The notes below the pieces were generated by a model. That model had not been told where the DNA came from. It saw only the letters and a program-made list of their open reading frames with translations, and did no database searches. A DNA stretch of 64,000 nucleotides from Eledone cirrhosa (Eukaryota), in assembly GCA_964016885.1 (NCBI GenBank), contig OZ024745.1, positions 40,238,001 to 40,302,000 of the forward strand, given 5' to 3'. Shown one piece after another: positions 1-13,699 of this stretch. Both the position numbers and the translations under genes were made by a program. Every line of letters starts with the position of its first letter. Position 1 is the stretch's first letter.

Positions 1-149
1 GGTGTTAACAGTGTTGGTTTTGCAACCTTATGAAAACTACCCTCTTATTCATGTGAGAAACATATGTGAGAAACATATTCACATAATGTAGGGAATTCTC
101 TCAGTAGGTGTTTCACAGTGCGGCAGGGTGGCCCCAATAGTCAATCAGC

Positions 150-870
150 GACAGCTTGCCAAAACCGACACCAGGGAGAGTGAGGCAAATTCAATAGTAA
201 TTGAATGCTATTTCAAAAGTGACCCTTCCGGGAGAGGATATATGACATGAATGAATGCATACTGTAATTAAAAGGGTTTAGTTCTATTCATTGAAGAGCG
301 GTTAATCAATCAAGATAGGGCAAGTATGACAAATAAGTGGCTCATCAACAGAGAACATAGAAGTGATCACAAGAAAATGTTATTTAGAATGTGATAATGA
401 CTTCAGTGATGCAGATGTTAGAGAAACCATACAAAACATTGAGAGAAAAGAACAGAACATAAATCTGGGAAGGTCAGCTTGGATGTATTAGAAATTGATT
501 AAAATGATGCGTTGGTGATAACAAGAGGAAGTGGATTCGCTGAAGAGTATTCTAACTTTATGCAACGGCTAGCTACAAAGATGAGAAAAGATAATCAACC
601 GGGAAATCTAAGACGTACAGACAGAAACAAGAAAAGTATTTGATGATTATTGAAGGAAAAAAGCAAAAATGTTATCAGACCAAATGTGGTCGAAAGTTTA
701 AAAAAAAAAGTTTAGAGTTATGTTTCGGATAATGCGGTGGTACAAAGTGAAAATGCGTTATGTTTAAATGATGTAGAAATCCATGCAGAAAACTTATAGA
801 CACAAGAAAACATTCAAATTTCAATAAAGGACATGAAGGAAAATTTAAGTATGATACCTAACAGGAGGAT
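150..870 (+). mobile_element. Decayed N-terminal fragment of an R4/Dong-like non-LTR retrotransposon
   Basis: From 182 reads EANSIVIECYFKSDPSGRGYMT*MNAYC, then EERLINQDRASMTNKWL, resembling the CY..S.P..RGY..RM and RL.DQ.R.I...WL N-terminal motifs of R4/Dong ORFs; stops and frameshifts present. Confidence 0.5.
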
Positions 871-1059
871 TATTTGTTAAAAATTACATGTCTACTATTT
901 GTATGGAAGCTTTAGACTGTCATTTTGGCGGTGGCATGGTATGACCAACTGATAGTACATGATTTCTTACCACTGCGCACAAAGTTTGTGTAGAGATGGC
1001 CAACTCCTCACTCACAATAAACCTAGACATTAACTGGATTGATTATATATAAAAATATT

Positions 1060-1685
1060 CAATAAGTTGCCCCACATGTGGATTTAGATGTTGATGAACA
1101 TATTTGCCGGCTCTGAAATTATGACCAATCTAGTGCATGTGAGCATGTTTCCTTGGAGCATAATTAATATCAAGTGGTAGGGAATATAAAATGATACGTG
1201 GACCTTTCAAGATGATATCATGAGTTCTCTACTATTTGTGCGTGTATTAGCTCTATTTCCATGAATATTGAAGAATATAATATCTGCTTATGACTTGTAT
1301 CTAGGAAATGTAAATTTGAAGCATCTGCTGTCCCAAAGTGACGCCAAAACTGTTGCCTCAAAATGAAAACCAATTGGAATTTAATTCGAAATGTTAGAAT
1401 TCACTCAGAAGATAATGAAATTGAGGTACGATTGATAAATGTATCTGTGTCGTCCAAGTAAAGGAACTAGCAACGGAAATAAGATGCCAAAACGAAGACA
1501 GGTAAACATAAATAGACAACCATTCTGCAAGATTCTGTGTAAAACACCAATAATTTGTGTCTGCTATGAAAAGATGGTCTTAGTTCTGTTCAAAAAGGTT
1601 TGGACCATGTCAATATATTCCTGTTTACGCTACCTAGGTTGTCCAGAGTCGGGAAGAGGCCCTTAACTCTGTAACATGTGTTAAA
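1060..1685 (+). mobile_element. Possible highly decayed piggyBac-like transposase remnant
   Basis: APHVDLDVDEH near 1068-1100 resembles the P...L.VDE motif; KW*GI* near 1172-1190 resembles KYGIK; Cys-rich stretch at 1440-1570; GTGTTAA near 1678-1684. Weak, by eye only. Confidence 0.22.
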
Positions 1686-2562
1686 CTTCTTCACACAGTT
1701 TCGAATATTATTTTCGAAGGGAGATGTTTCTCTTCCAAAAAAATATAGGATATTAACCTTGGCTTGAACAAGCCACACTGATAGTCGGATTTCATAAAGA
1801 AAACCCGAGGCTGGAGCACACATCTTGTTGTAGTTCTCGACTCAGACGTTCTAACTGCAGAGTTCTGAACTTTAAGGTTGATCGGTTCTAAAATGGATAT
1901 ACAACGCGTGTATACGGAGGCGTTGGAATGATCACAAATATCAACGATATTCGAATTGTATTTAGTAATTATATACAACGATACCACATATCTTAAGTGG
2001 AATAGGAATATAAAAATATGCGACAAATGTGCATTGTGTCAAAATAATTTTCTATATTATAACTTGTTTGTATTTTTAGTATGATCATAATGAGATGAAT
2101 ATTTCTCATTAAACTTAGAATTAAAATCGGTATCGAATACTAGAAAAGATAGCAGCTTTATAATTACACACGATTGTAAATTAGATGACGACTATGATAA
2201 TAATCGAAGTAAAACATTTTGAATATCATTTCTTTAATTATTATAATATGTATTTGTTCCTTTTTGGGAGGGTGGTGTTAAACTTTCGTTGTGATTAGAA
2301 CAACATCCTGTTGTGTCGGAAAATATTAACTATCAGAAATTGCAAAGTTATGATACAATTTACTATCATATTATTATAGTAATTCATACTCCCAGCAATT
2401 TCGTCAAAACACACGCACAGATGTTTTCCCAATCTTTTCTTCCTGTGTGTCTCTGTAATGGACAGTCCATCTTTCAATCTATCTCTCACTCTCTCATCTC
2501 ACACTCTTTCTTTCTTTCTATCTATCTATCTTTCAATCACAGAGCTACAGGCAAGAACACTT

Positions 2563-2600
<38 letters not shown>

Positions 2601-2689
2601 AAAGGTTATATTCAATTTGTTGGGATACGACAAGCAAAATATTTTTATAACTGATATAAAGCACTCAACAAATTATTGGAGTAAATATA

Positions 2690-3006
2690 CAATATACAAT
2701 ATATTAACACATGGAAACTATATTTATAAAACCATATTTATTTCATTATAGATATTTCCAGGGCGACCAAGCAAACTATGGTGCGCTTCCATCAGGTAAA
2801 ATATAATATAGGTTAGTTTATAAATAAATATTGACATACCCTTAAAAAATGCAACCATTCTGGTTGGAATCTCCTTGATAATGGAGTTATTAGATTTATT
2901 GTTGGTTTATTATGCAAATTAGTGTCGGAAAGATTTAAAAACAGTATATTTAAATTAAGCCGTTGGAATAGGGAAAAAAGAGAAAAAAGAGAAAAAACGA
3001 AAGAAA

Positions 3007-3010
<4 letters not shown>
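2690..3010 (-). mobile_element. Diverged partial tandem copy (pseudo-LTR-like) of the 3' end of the PLE at 3550-6262
   Basis: 2700-2970 aligns with 3553-3835; carries a degenerate HHR on the minus strand (CTGATGG...GAAA, 2740-2802). Confidence 0.7.
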
Positions 3011-3075
<65 letters not shown>

Positions 3076-3112
3076 TATGTGTATCTGAGTGTATATGCAT
3101 ATATGTTTGTAT

Positions 3113-3147
<35 letters not shown>

Positions 3148-3455
3148 GTGTATGGGACTCAGTGAATTACTGGTGGTGGAAGCAATATTAGCACTGAATC
3201 TACAGGGAGAAAATATATATAAGAAAGTGTTTTCCTCTCTATATTCCGTAACAGGTCTATACAGAGGAAAGATATATATATAAGAAAAAGAAACTTCATC
3301 GCTTTTCGGATTATTTATATATTATTACAAAGGAAATAGAAACGAAGACAGGCAAAATTATAAGCACATCGAGAGTAAAAGACAATACTAAACATAAACA
3401 GTGAAGCGATGAAAATGGTACACAAAACCAGTTGCATATTATCTAAGTATCACGA

Positions 3456-3531
<76 letters not shown>

Positions 3532-3549
3532 AAATATATATATATATAC

Positions 3550-6262
3550 AATATATTAATAAATGGAAACTATATTTATAAAACCATATTTATTTTATTA
3601 TACATATTTCAAGGGCAGCCAAGGCAAACTATGGTGCGCTTTCATCAGATAAAATGCAGATTTGTTTTATAAATAAATATTGACATACTCGGAAAAAGTC
3701 AACCTTAACGGTTGGAGCTCCTGGATAGTGGAGATAGTACATTTATTGGGGGTAATACAAAGTTATGAGTGAGTATGCAAATGAGTGTCCGAAAGGTTGA
3801 AAATATAACGGTTTATTTAAATTAAACTGTTGGAAGAAGATATGTAAGGGAGAGAGAAAAAAAAGAAAAAAAGAAAAAAGAAAAAAAGAAAGGAGAAAGA
3901 TAGACGAGGAAAGAAAGAACGATTATATATATTTATAGTGAAGATAGAGTGCATGAAGAAATAAGTTTCAAAGGATAAATATACACAGCGTAAGTATATC
4001 TAAGTGAAAGAAGAAATAAGATTAACGTGGAAGAATAATATTTATAATGCAGGGTTCATTTCGTTTTATGTATAATACTTATAATGATAGGTTGAAAAAT
4101 TAGATTAAAATTAAAAATTAAAAATTAGAAATCAAAATTAAAGATTAAAATTTGCCTTAATATTAAAGATTTAATTTAATAATTTTATATTAATAATTAG
4201 TTTAAATGTGTATATTAATCATTATAAATTATTTAAATAAATATAGTATTTTAAATTAGAGAAAATCTAGTATAGTTTATTTTATTAAAAGATGTAAGTC
4301 AAAATTTAAACATCCAAATAATTCTAAATTTATGAAAGATTTACGAGAGTTTACAAAGGAATAACCACTTAATTATATTATAGAAACAGTAAGGAAGTGT
4401 AAAGGAAGTTAGAAGTGATTTTTTAAGATCTCAGATGACTCCAATGAATATATGTTATAAAGTTAAAAAGTTAAAAATTGTTTATCTTAAGAATACAATT
4501 AAAACATAAACCATATGTTATTTTATACGAAGTCATAAATTTACTTGCTATAGATTTAAACAATTTAAAAAATGTATCTTAAGAATATATTTAAAGCATA
4601 AACCATAGGTTATTCCACATATATATATAAAACCTATATATAAAAACCATATGTTTTTCCACATATATATAAACACTTGGATATATATATTAAACACGTT
4701 TGAAGATATAAAAATATAAAAATATAAAAATATTGGAAGGTATGGAAATAATGATTTTCTATATCTTTCAAAGGAATGTTCAAAAGATTTTTCCTAAAAC
4801 CTTCCGTAAGTTTTTCAAGAATTTTTTTTCTTAAAGGAGTTTCAAGGAGTCATATTAAAAATGTTTATAACTATCGATAGATGTAATAATGTAAAGTATA
4901 TAGTATATATATGAATCATATATATAGAGAGAAAACAGTATGTAAAGGAGATAAATCATATATTACATTATATATATATATTTAAAAGTTCAGTTTAAAC
5001 GATGTTTACAGGAACTAAGTAAATTATTTCACAAATTAATAGAGTTCTTACTTTTTAGTATAAAGAATATTTCTTCAACGCAAAGTGAGCAATTTTTGGA
5101 TAAAGCAGTGTATGAAGGAGCTTTGGAAATAATTTTCCAAAGTAAAGAATAGTTAATATTCTTGGATTTTTAAGTCCCATAATAAGTTAGATAAAGAAGT
5201 TGAAGATCTTTTACCAATATTTGTAAAGGAACATTTATGGTTATTAAAACGAGATTTGAAGTCAGTGAAAGTAGAGCCGACATAGTTAAATGAGTTTTCA
5301 TTTGTTTTGGCAATACAATTGTATACTATATTTTTACCTAATCAATTATTATTTAGAAGACAGATAGATTTATTTCTACAATTACATTTATCTGAATTTA
5401 TATTATTGGGAGCCGTAACATTATATTGGATATTTCTAGGGAATTAATGCTATTCTGTTTAGGTTTTAAGTTTCTATTATTAATTCTATTAATATTCTGC
5501 GCTAAATTCATAGTGGTGGAATATGAGAGTTTAATATGTTGTCTATTAAAGATTGAGTAATAGCTGTGTGTCTTAGGAAAGCACTTATCTAGATCTTTAA
5601 ACAATAATTTAGCTATAGGAGTTTTAATACTTAATGAGAAAGGGGGAGCCATAATATATTTCTAGTTCTATTTTTTCTTTTGGTTTTCGAGTTAGTGCAA
5701 GTTTTCCTATTATAATTATATATATAGTTATGGTTAATTGGCACATCCTTATTGTCAATGTATTTAATTTCATTACAATATTATACTTCGTTATAATAAT
5801 GTGCCTTATCTTCAAATATATTTTTATTCGCTGAAATTCTAGAAATACGTTGCTGCACGGAATTTACAATAGTGTTTTTAACGGATCTGAGGTGATTGGA
5901 ATTAAAGTTAACATAGTTTAAATTCTCGTTTATTTTATGAAATGGATAACAAAGACCAGTATTAAGGTTTAAAGTTACATCTAAAAAATTAACTATTTTA
6001 TAATTATTCTCTACTTCTACTTTAAGATTAACTCTATCACAAAATTGTATAATTTCTTTCTTTTCCTATTTATTTCACAATTATTATTATTTTCAATAAG
6101 TAATAGCATATCGTCACGATATAAACCACCGGTCATCTCCGGTATTTTCCTATGTAAAGTATTGTTAATAAAAAAGCCCCACAAGATCCGTTAATTGCGC
6201 CGAGTCCGTGTGTAGTAATTCCGTCGGAAAGGTCCAGGAAAAAAGAGTTCTCTATGTAGGTT
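3550..6262 (-). mobile_element. 5'-truncated decayed Penelope-like element, YRDD/CxC-linker type (probably Hydra clade)
   Basis: Minus strand: DSAQLTDLVGLFLL, GLYRDD (YRDD at 6110-6121), VNFLDVTLNL, PPFSLSIKTPIAKLLFKDLDKCFPKTH..IFNRQHIKLSYS, linker CNCRNKSIC, NIVY..YVG, CSLC..SCKH ending ~4990; long AT-rich 3' UTR with HHR; flanked by (TA)n. Confidence 0.85.
3592..3655 (-). ncRNA. Type-I hammerhead ribozyme motif
   Basis: Minus strand AUUUUAU-CUGAUGA-(AAG/CUU, GCA/UGC, CCA/UGG helix II)-GAA-AUAUGUAU-A-AUAAAAU: 7-bp helix I, self-complementary helix III, AUA triplet. Confidence 0.75.
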
Positions 6263-6265
6263 ACA

Positions 6266-6351
<86 letters not shown>

Positions 6352-6789
6352 GCTTAAACGCTGTCATCGTGCGATCGCCAATTAAATATAACCAGCGCAG
6401 TCTAGACTATATGAACATACCCAATTTTCTCTTTGCTATATAAGTGAATATCACGCAAAATTCAATATAGACTATAGACCATTTCATGCCAGTATCTTCT
6501 GATTGAGAATCACGAATGAAGGATAAACAAATCACGAAACAACTTTGTGTGACACTCTCAGAATATACACACAAATCTATGATTGATTCATAGAGGAAAA
6601 TTGGAAAAATATGAATTTTCGTTTCGTTACAGGAAACAGTATAGTTGGCTGCGAAGGCATTTTTGCCCATGACTGTCTGACAGCATTTAGCTGTTTTAAC
6701 AGTTGTTCTAGCGATGAATTTTCCTATCTTGATATGTATTGAAAGACACTCTTGCTTCGTCTCGGTCGGTGACAGCATTGTGTTTTCAC

Positions 6790-7020
<231 letters not shown>

Positions 7021-7101
7021 CAAATGTATTTTTAAAACTTCATAATCCAGAAGAATGGGAATAACTTTTATTGTATCACTTTTATGGCTAACGTGTGGTT
7101 A

Positions 7102-9082
7102 CACCGTGCAACAAAAAACATTTTTTCTCTGTTCCTGGCGTAATCACTTTTTTGTGTTGCTTAAGGTCCCAAATAAATAAAAAAAGTGCTATTAATCAGT
7201 TAAAAGTTTGGGTTTGTAAAAATTCTAAGCTATTCACTAGAATTATTTGTATGCTGGATTTTACGTTGTATATAAGTTTAATTTGCTTATGTTAAACGAT
7301 TTTTTTATATATATTTCAGGTTAAATTAACATTGTAAAATAAAGAGTAATACCTAAAGAAAACTATAAAAGTGCAATTAAGTATAAAATTGTTAAAAAGG
7401 GGATTAAATAGATTTATTTATACTGGATTCTCGCACCCTGAATAAAGGGTAAGTTGTGTTTTAAGCACGAATTCTCATTAGTATGATTAGTGTTCTTTTA
7501 TATTATTTAAATATGTATTTCCCTTTCCAATATTTATTTTGTATTGCATATCAAATTTATTTTCCAAGACAAGTATTCTGATGAAGAGGAGGAGATGGAT
7601 GCTGAGGATTTGGATTACCTGTCTGAGGTACCAGAAAAAGTTCCTCACTTCCCAAACCAAAAAGAGGTCAATGACTTGGTCAGGGATATGGGTCTGACCA
7701 AGTCCAATGCAGAGCTATTCGTCTCCAGGGTGAAGCAGTGGAACTTGGTCTAAAGAGGAAGTGCAGGTGACAAGTCAGAGAAGTCGACACGAACATTTCT
7801 CAGGCTTTTACACTCTTAGGGGTGGCCTCTGCTTCTGCCATGACCTACCTGCACTGTTTGACGTTATTGGGGTGCCGTTTGTGCCCAAGGAGTGGTGCCT
7901 ATTTATAGACAACTCCACCACAAGTTTGAAGGATGTCCTCCTCCACAATGGAAAGAAGTTCCCGACACTGCTCCTGGCTCATTCAGTCAGCCTGAAGAAA
8001 GATTACTACAGTGTGAAAGTCCTTTTGGAAGCTCTGCAATACAACAAGTAGAATTGGGAAATCATTGGAGACTTCAAGATGGTGGCTTTCCTGCTTGGAC
8101 TCCAAGGAGGCTTTATCAAATTCCAATGCTTCCTCTGCCTTTGGGACAGCAGAGCCACCTCTGACCACTACAAAAGAAAGAACTGGGAGCAGCGAACAGA
8201 ATTTGTAGTTGGGACCAGGAACGTCATGTGGGAGCCAGTGGTTGGTCCCAGGATTGTGCTCATGCCGCCACTTCACATTAAGTTGGGGTTGACGAAGCAG
8301 TTTGTGAAAGCTCTCAACCAAGAATCAGCCGCTTTTAAGTACCTTCTTGAGTTCTTCCCCAAGTTATCTGAGGCCAAAATCAAAGGATGGACCTCAAATA
8401 AAGAAAGTGTTTGAGTCTACCGAGTTCTCCAATAAGCTCAATAGGATTGAGAGAACAGCATGGAACTGTTTCAAGGCAGTTGTTAAGGTCTTCTTGAGCA
8501 ACTACAGAGCTGAAAACTACCAGCAACTGGTGCATGATCTGATAAAGGCTTTTGGCGCCATGGCATGCAGTATGTCTCTTAAACCCCATATGCTGGACGC
8601 TCATCTGGAAATATTCAAGGACAATATGGGCGCCTTCTCAGAAGAACAAGGCGAACGATTCCACCAAGATCTGAAAGAGATAGAGCGAAGGTACCAGGGA
8701 TACTACAATGAAAAAAGTGATGGGGGACTATATCTGGGGCTAGTGCGGGAATGCGACCTGGACTACAACCGCTAATCCAGGAAATCCAGTCATTTCTGAC
8801 GTGTATAAGTTGCTTTATATGTGTTATTTGTTTTTACTTGTTTGCTTTTGATAAGCTTGTGTAACAAAATAAATATATACTCTGTTGATTTAATTATATG
8901 AACTGATAAATTTTTAAAAAATGTGTTTTTTCTTGAAAAATATGAAAATTTCGAAATATCAAACTCCTGACCACAAACCCAAACTTCTGATTAAATAATA
9001 GTGTTTTTTTTTATAATGATGGGATATAACAAACCATGAAATGACACTTAGAACCGGGGAAGAAAAAATATGTTACCCGGTG
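7102..9082 (+). mobile_element. Chapaev3-like (CMC superfamily) DNA transposon, defective
   Basis: Imperfect TIRs CACCGTGCAACA... / ...TGTTACCCGGTG flanked by a TTA duplication (7099-7101, 9083-9085), matching the CAC termini and TWA TSD of Chapaev3. Confidence 0.85.
7560..8799 (+). pseudogene. Chapaev3-type transposase pseudogene
   Basis: Motifs LFID.S..SLK.VLLHNG, GDFKMVAFLLGLQGGF.KF.CFLCLWDSRA, PPLHIKLGL, MSLK.H.L..HL, SEEQGERFHQD..E.RYQG spread over ORFs 7544-8775 with stops and frameshifts; N-terminal zinc finger not seen. Confidence 0.9.
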
Positions 9083-9406
9083 TTATATTCATCAAATTTA
9101 CTCGTATCCAACTACTTAAATGATATCAAGTTACAAGGAATTTTCAAAGTGGAATGAGAATGTGTTCACATATAAGGATGTATAGAAGGCAAGTACTAAT
9201 GAATATTTCACTAGAAAAGGGGAAAAGTGGAAAGAGAAGAAAATGAAGATTCGAAGAAATAAAAGAAAATATCAAATACCATTAAGAGGGGTAAAATACA
9301 GTAATACAAGAATGAAAAATAGAATTTTAGTTGTATCAGCATTAGTCAGTAGTATAACTAGGACGTCAACAACCACAATTATTTCGTTGTATTATGATAC
9401 GCACAT

Positions 9407-9570
9407 AAGGCGGTGGATTGGCAGTATCGGTAGAGGGTCGCACGCCATGCTTTGCAGAAAAGAGTTACGGACCTTTATGGTCTGAGTTCAAATCTCATCG
9501 ATAAAATAAAGTACCAGTAATACACTGGGATATCTGCTGGCCTTGTCCCAAAAGTAGAAACAATTATTAT
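9407..9570 (+). mobile_element. tRNA-headed MetaSINE-like SINE, internally deleted copy
   Basis: Head GGCGGTGGATTGGCAGTATCGGTAGAG, B-box-like GAGTTCAAATC, tail GCTGGCCTTGT..AAAAGTAGAAACAATTAT shared with the other copies. Confidence 0.85.
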
Positions 9571-9945
9571 ATGAAGATTTAACATTTAACCTAAACTATA
9601 ATTGGGAGACTCGGGCTTTATACAAGAAGTGAAATGAATAATTATCTCTATAGATAATAATCACAACCAAAAGGATATGGTCTGGTTCAATATAAATCAA
9701 TCAATTTGACAGCTATATACTCGTATCATATCATTATTTCAAAGAGATAGAGGGTTGACACCGTAAGTATGAAAGGCCTAGGTGAGCTTTGTTTTCTTCC
9801 TTGTGAGGTCGATAACATAAACCACTAGTATTTAACTGCGTTCGATTTAATCGACTTTACCTTCCCCTAAATTGCTGGCCTTGTGCCTATACTATAAATC
9901 ATTATAATTATAATAATTATTATTATTATTTAGATATCTACACTA

Positions 9946-10200
9946 GCGGTGGATTGGCAGTATCGGTAGAGGGTTGAACGCCATGTTTTGCAGCATATAG
10001 TTACAACCCTTTATGATCTGAGTTCAAATCCCACCGAGGTTAACTTTGCACTTTCATCCTTACGGGGTCGATACAATAAAGTACCAGTAATGTACTGGGT
10101 AATTTCTGGCCTTGTGCCAAAAGTAGAAACAATTATTTAGATATGTACCAGTAATGAACTAGGCAATTGCTGGGCTTGTGCCAAAATTAGAAACAATTAT
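9946..10200 (+). mobile_element. MetaSINE-like SINE with duplicated tail
   Basis: Full copy 9946-10137 with CTTTCATCCTTACGGGGTCGATA..AAGTACCAG core; tail repeated at ~10146-10200; a related 3' fragment lies at ~9780-9905. Confidence 0.88.
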
Positions 10201-10479
10201 TTAGATATGTACCAGTCTGAATTTGTCTATGTGTGTTTTTGTGAGTATATATGTGTGTGTATTTGTCTGTCGGTATACAAACCTTTTCAAACAACCAAAA
10301 TACAACGAAAATATTCAAGTTGATAATCATATTCATCAGAAATTAACTAAATACAACCCATCTTAGAGAATAAAAATAACATTAGGAGCAAACTTCATCC
10401 AACAGATTTGAAAAAGAAAAACAATTACACTTTAAATTTTAGTGTAAAGTCGAGTAAAGAGAAGGATCCAATGTAGTTA

Positions 10480-10657
10480 GCGTGCTCAACCTCAAATTTC
10501 ACGTTTCTGTCCACGTTTTCGAAGATCTTGTGACCGTGTTTAATTTCCACCAGGAAAGGAAGGTGCAGGATGAGAAGGAAGTGCTACTCCCCAGTACGTT
10601 TGGTAAAAAGTGGATGAATGTGGTGAGTAAGGCCCGAAAGAATGGGCCTACAATGAG
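10480..10657 (+). mobile_element. 3' fragment of the Tx1-like LINE family
   Basis: FHQERKVQDEKEVLLPSTFGKKWMNVV aligns with FHLKRKIRVEKQVLPSSKFVERWVNVA of the copy at 44195-44416. Confidence 0.7.
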
Positions 10658-10668
10658 CAGCAGCAGTG

Positions 10669-10709
<41 letters not shown>

Positions 10710-10717
10710 TGTTGTAT

Positions 10718-10749
<32 letters not shown>

Positions 10750-10760
10750 TCAGCAGCATC

Positions 10761-10818
<58 letters not shown>

Positions 10819-10885
10819 ATAGTAGTAGCAGCAGCAGCAACAGCACGACTATCAGCCACAGCACCGGCAACAACAACAGCAGCAG
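10655..10885. repeat. (AGT)n/(AGC)n microsatellite; similar trinucleotide tracts at 28833-28880, 43408-43520, 43801-43890 and 49700-49830
   Basis: Directly visible. Confidence 0.97.
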
Positions 10886-11949
10886 TTAACAACGGAATCC
10901 GCTTGTGTTACGCATTTACATATTTCAAGCACGAAATTCATTGTCTTCTTTTTTTCGAACATACTTTAATTACGTTCTTGTATAATTTCATTGTTTCGAT
11001 GGTAACATTCTAATGACTCCCATTAGAAGTTAACATATCAATGGAATTCTATTTTGCATTAATGAAAGACATAATAGTTTGTATCGTTATAGGTTTCCAC
11101 ATTGTGATATTTTCTAAATACCAATCGCGAAAAAAGAAATGACACACAGAATCAAACATACAATAATAATTGTAAGGAAATGACTTCCTACTTGAACTAA
11201 ATTCTGTTTGGATTATTGAGGCTTGGGTGTGTTGACAGAAAAATTAGTCACAACTCAAGCATAAATAATACATTGTTGAGATAATGCCTTCTTTACTATT
11301 AACCAATATATTACATTTATCGCAATTATTCGATGGCGTTTATATATATAATTATGTTGTTTTCATTAGTTTAAATGTATTTTAAAATGTAATCGAACAG
11401 AGTAGAATGTTCGTATTTCATGATATTAATATAAACTGAATATAAAATAATATAACACAGAAAAAATAAAATAAACAGTTAGTCAAGCTCATATTTGTCG
11501 CATTAAATGTGAAAATCAAGTGCTCTTTCATTACACTTCATCGTTTGATTGAAGCGAGAAAGAAAATAAATGAAATACTTTGTTCAATGCTTTGCAAAAA
11601 AAAAAAAATCATCTGCGTTGAACTTCACGTTAACATTGACAAGTGATTAGAATAATTTGACAGCATTCTGTAAGAGGCGTAGGGACTCGCTTGAGCAGTA
11701 AAACACCTTACAGATATTCGCTTTGGTAGAAAGCAAATATATGACGAAGATCAACGGTACTTTAAAATGATTTGGCAAACAGTTACCTTAAACATATGAT
11801 TAACGCTTGTCATAAAAATGAATTACTAATATTTCTTTTCAAGTGACATTCTGAAAAAATGTTTTTTTTTCTTATTTTATGCCAGAAAATATGTAGCTCA
11901 GTTGATCCACACATGCCATTTGCTGTACAAAATGTATTCGCTCCGCATT

Positions 11950-12128
11950 TGGATTGGCAGTATTGGTAGATGGTCGGACGCCATGCTTTGACGCATAGAG
12001 TTAGTGTCCTTGCCATTCTGAGTTCAAATCCGGCCGAGGTTAACCTTGCCTTTCATCCTTACGGGGTCGATAAAATAAAGTAGTAGTAATGCACTGGGTA
12101 ATTGCTAGCCTTGTGCCAAAAGTAGAAA
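11950..12128 (+). mobile_element. MetaSINE-like SINE
   Basis: Same head, core and tail as the other copies. Confidence 0.88.
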
Positions 12129-13136
12129 TACAATATATAAATAAATGGACTTAAAATGTGCATACAATATGCATATCAATTATAACTTTCTTATACGCTT
12201 AGTCTTGCAGGCGATGTGTGTCTTAAAATATATATGTTTAAATTATATGCAAATTAGTATTTCGGCTTGCAGCCGAAGTGTATGATGGAGATATATGTGT
12301 ATAAACGTTATGCATTTCATATGCAAATTAGTACGTCAATTTCGGAAAAATACTAAGAAAAAATAGGTATATATAAGCATCATATATATATACATTGCGA
12401 CCGATGGAAACCGAATGGAAACATAGAGAAAACAAAAGAGCAACGGATAAGGTAGGTATCAAGTTTGTGATAGCATATATATATATATATATATATAAAC
12501 AAATCAAAGAACTTGAGTGATTATTTTGTTGATATCCGTTTCATAGAGTAAATAGTTGCTGCGATCAGTAAATATACTGTACAAATTCCTCCAAGATTAA
12601 TTCGAAGGGTAAAAATAAAAAAATAGAACGCACCATAAATAGCTGGAAATAATTGGACCCGGGCTTAGGTCGGTTTATAGGTTTTATGTATATTTCAACA
12701 GCTGAAGAAACTTTTATTGTTAGGGATAATTTGTCAATATTTAAAAAATAATTTAGTAAGATACCAGTATATTGAAGTAAATCCATATACAACAAACCAT
12801 GTTAAAAAGGAAAATCGAAAAACGAATATCTACAAATCTCCAGTTCAGAAAATGCTCTCTCAACATTTTTGTGTAGATTTATATAAGATGATAATTCTGA
12901 CGAGTCAATCGGATAGAATATAGATATATGTAGGAATATATGCCTCTCTTATATTTTATCATTTTTAATGTTTTACTTCTATATGGATGGACTTCAATAT
13001 ACTTTGATCGTTCTGAATTATGAAAAAAAAAATACTTTCATCATACCTGATTATCGATTTTGCGTAGGTTGTTGAAATGTAGACAAAATGAATAAAATGT
13101 TATAAAACCTCTTTAAACCTTTGGTTGAATTATATA

Positions 13137-13191
<55 letters not shown>

Positions 13192-13699
13192 CTGTGTGTA
13201 TGGGTGTGTTTATGCGTGTGCATGTGCGTGTGTGTGTGTGCGTGTGTATCGATGTATGTGTCGCGTGTCTGCGTGTAGAAAGGTTTTAGAGCAAGTGGAG
13301 ATCAACTTTTTTTAATTTGTTACCATTCAGCTTTGATTATGTTAATGATCCATAATAAAGTTACTGCTGGACCTGACTTTCCGAATGAACATATTGAAAT
13401 TATTGCTACTGCCAACTCTAGTTTCAGGAATGTGTTAATCAATCCTTCCACGAACATTGTCACGTTAATTTCCTTTGCTTATTTAACAAGATGGGGATTT
13501 AATATATCTAGAACACAGGGCCAATCAAGATAACATAACAACACATTATATGAGAGCATTTAACGAAGTGATTATGCAGAGTCCATACTACAGAAAATCA
13601 GCCACAGAATTCCAACTTAATTATACAGATACGTCTCTCGAAAGATTCCAACAGAGCATTCTTACACCTTGCCATCCTACCAATAATCTAAGACAGCCG

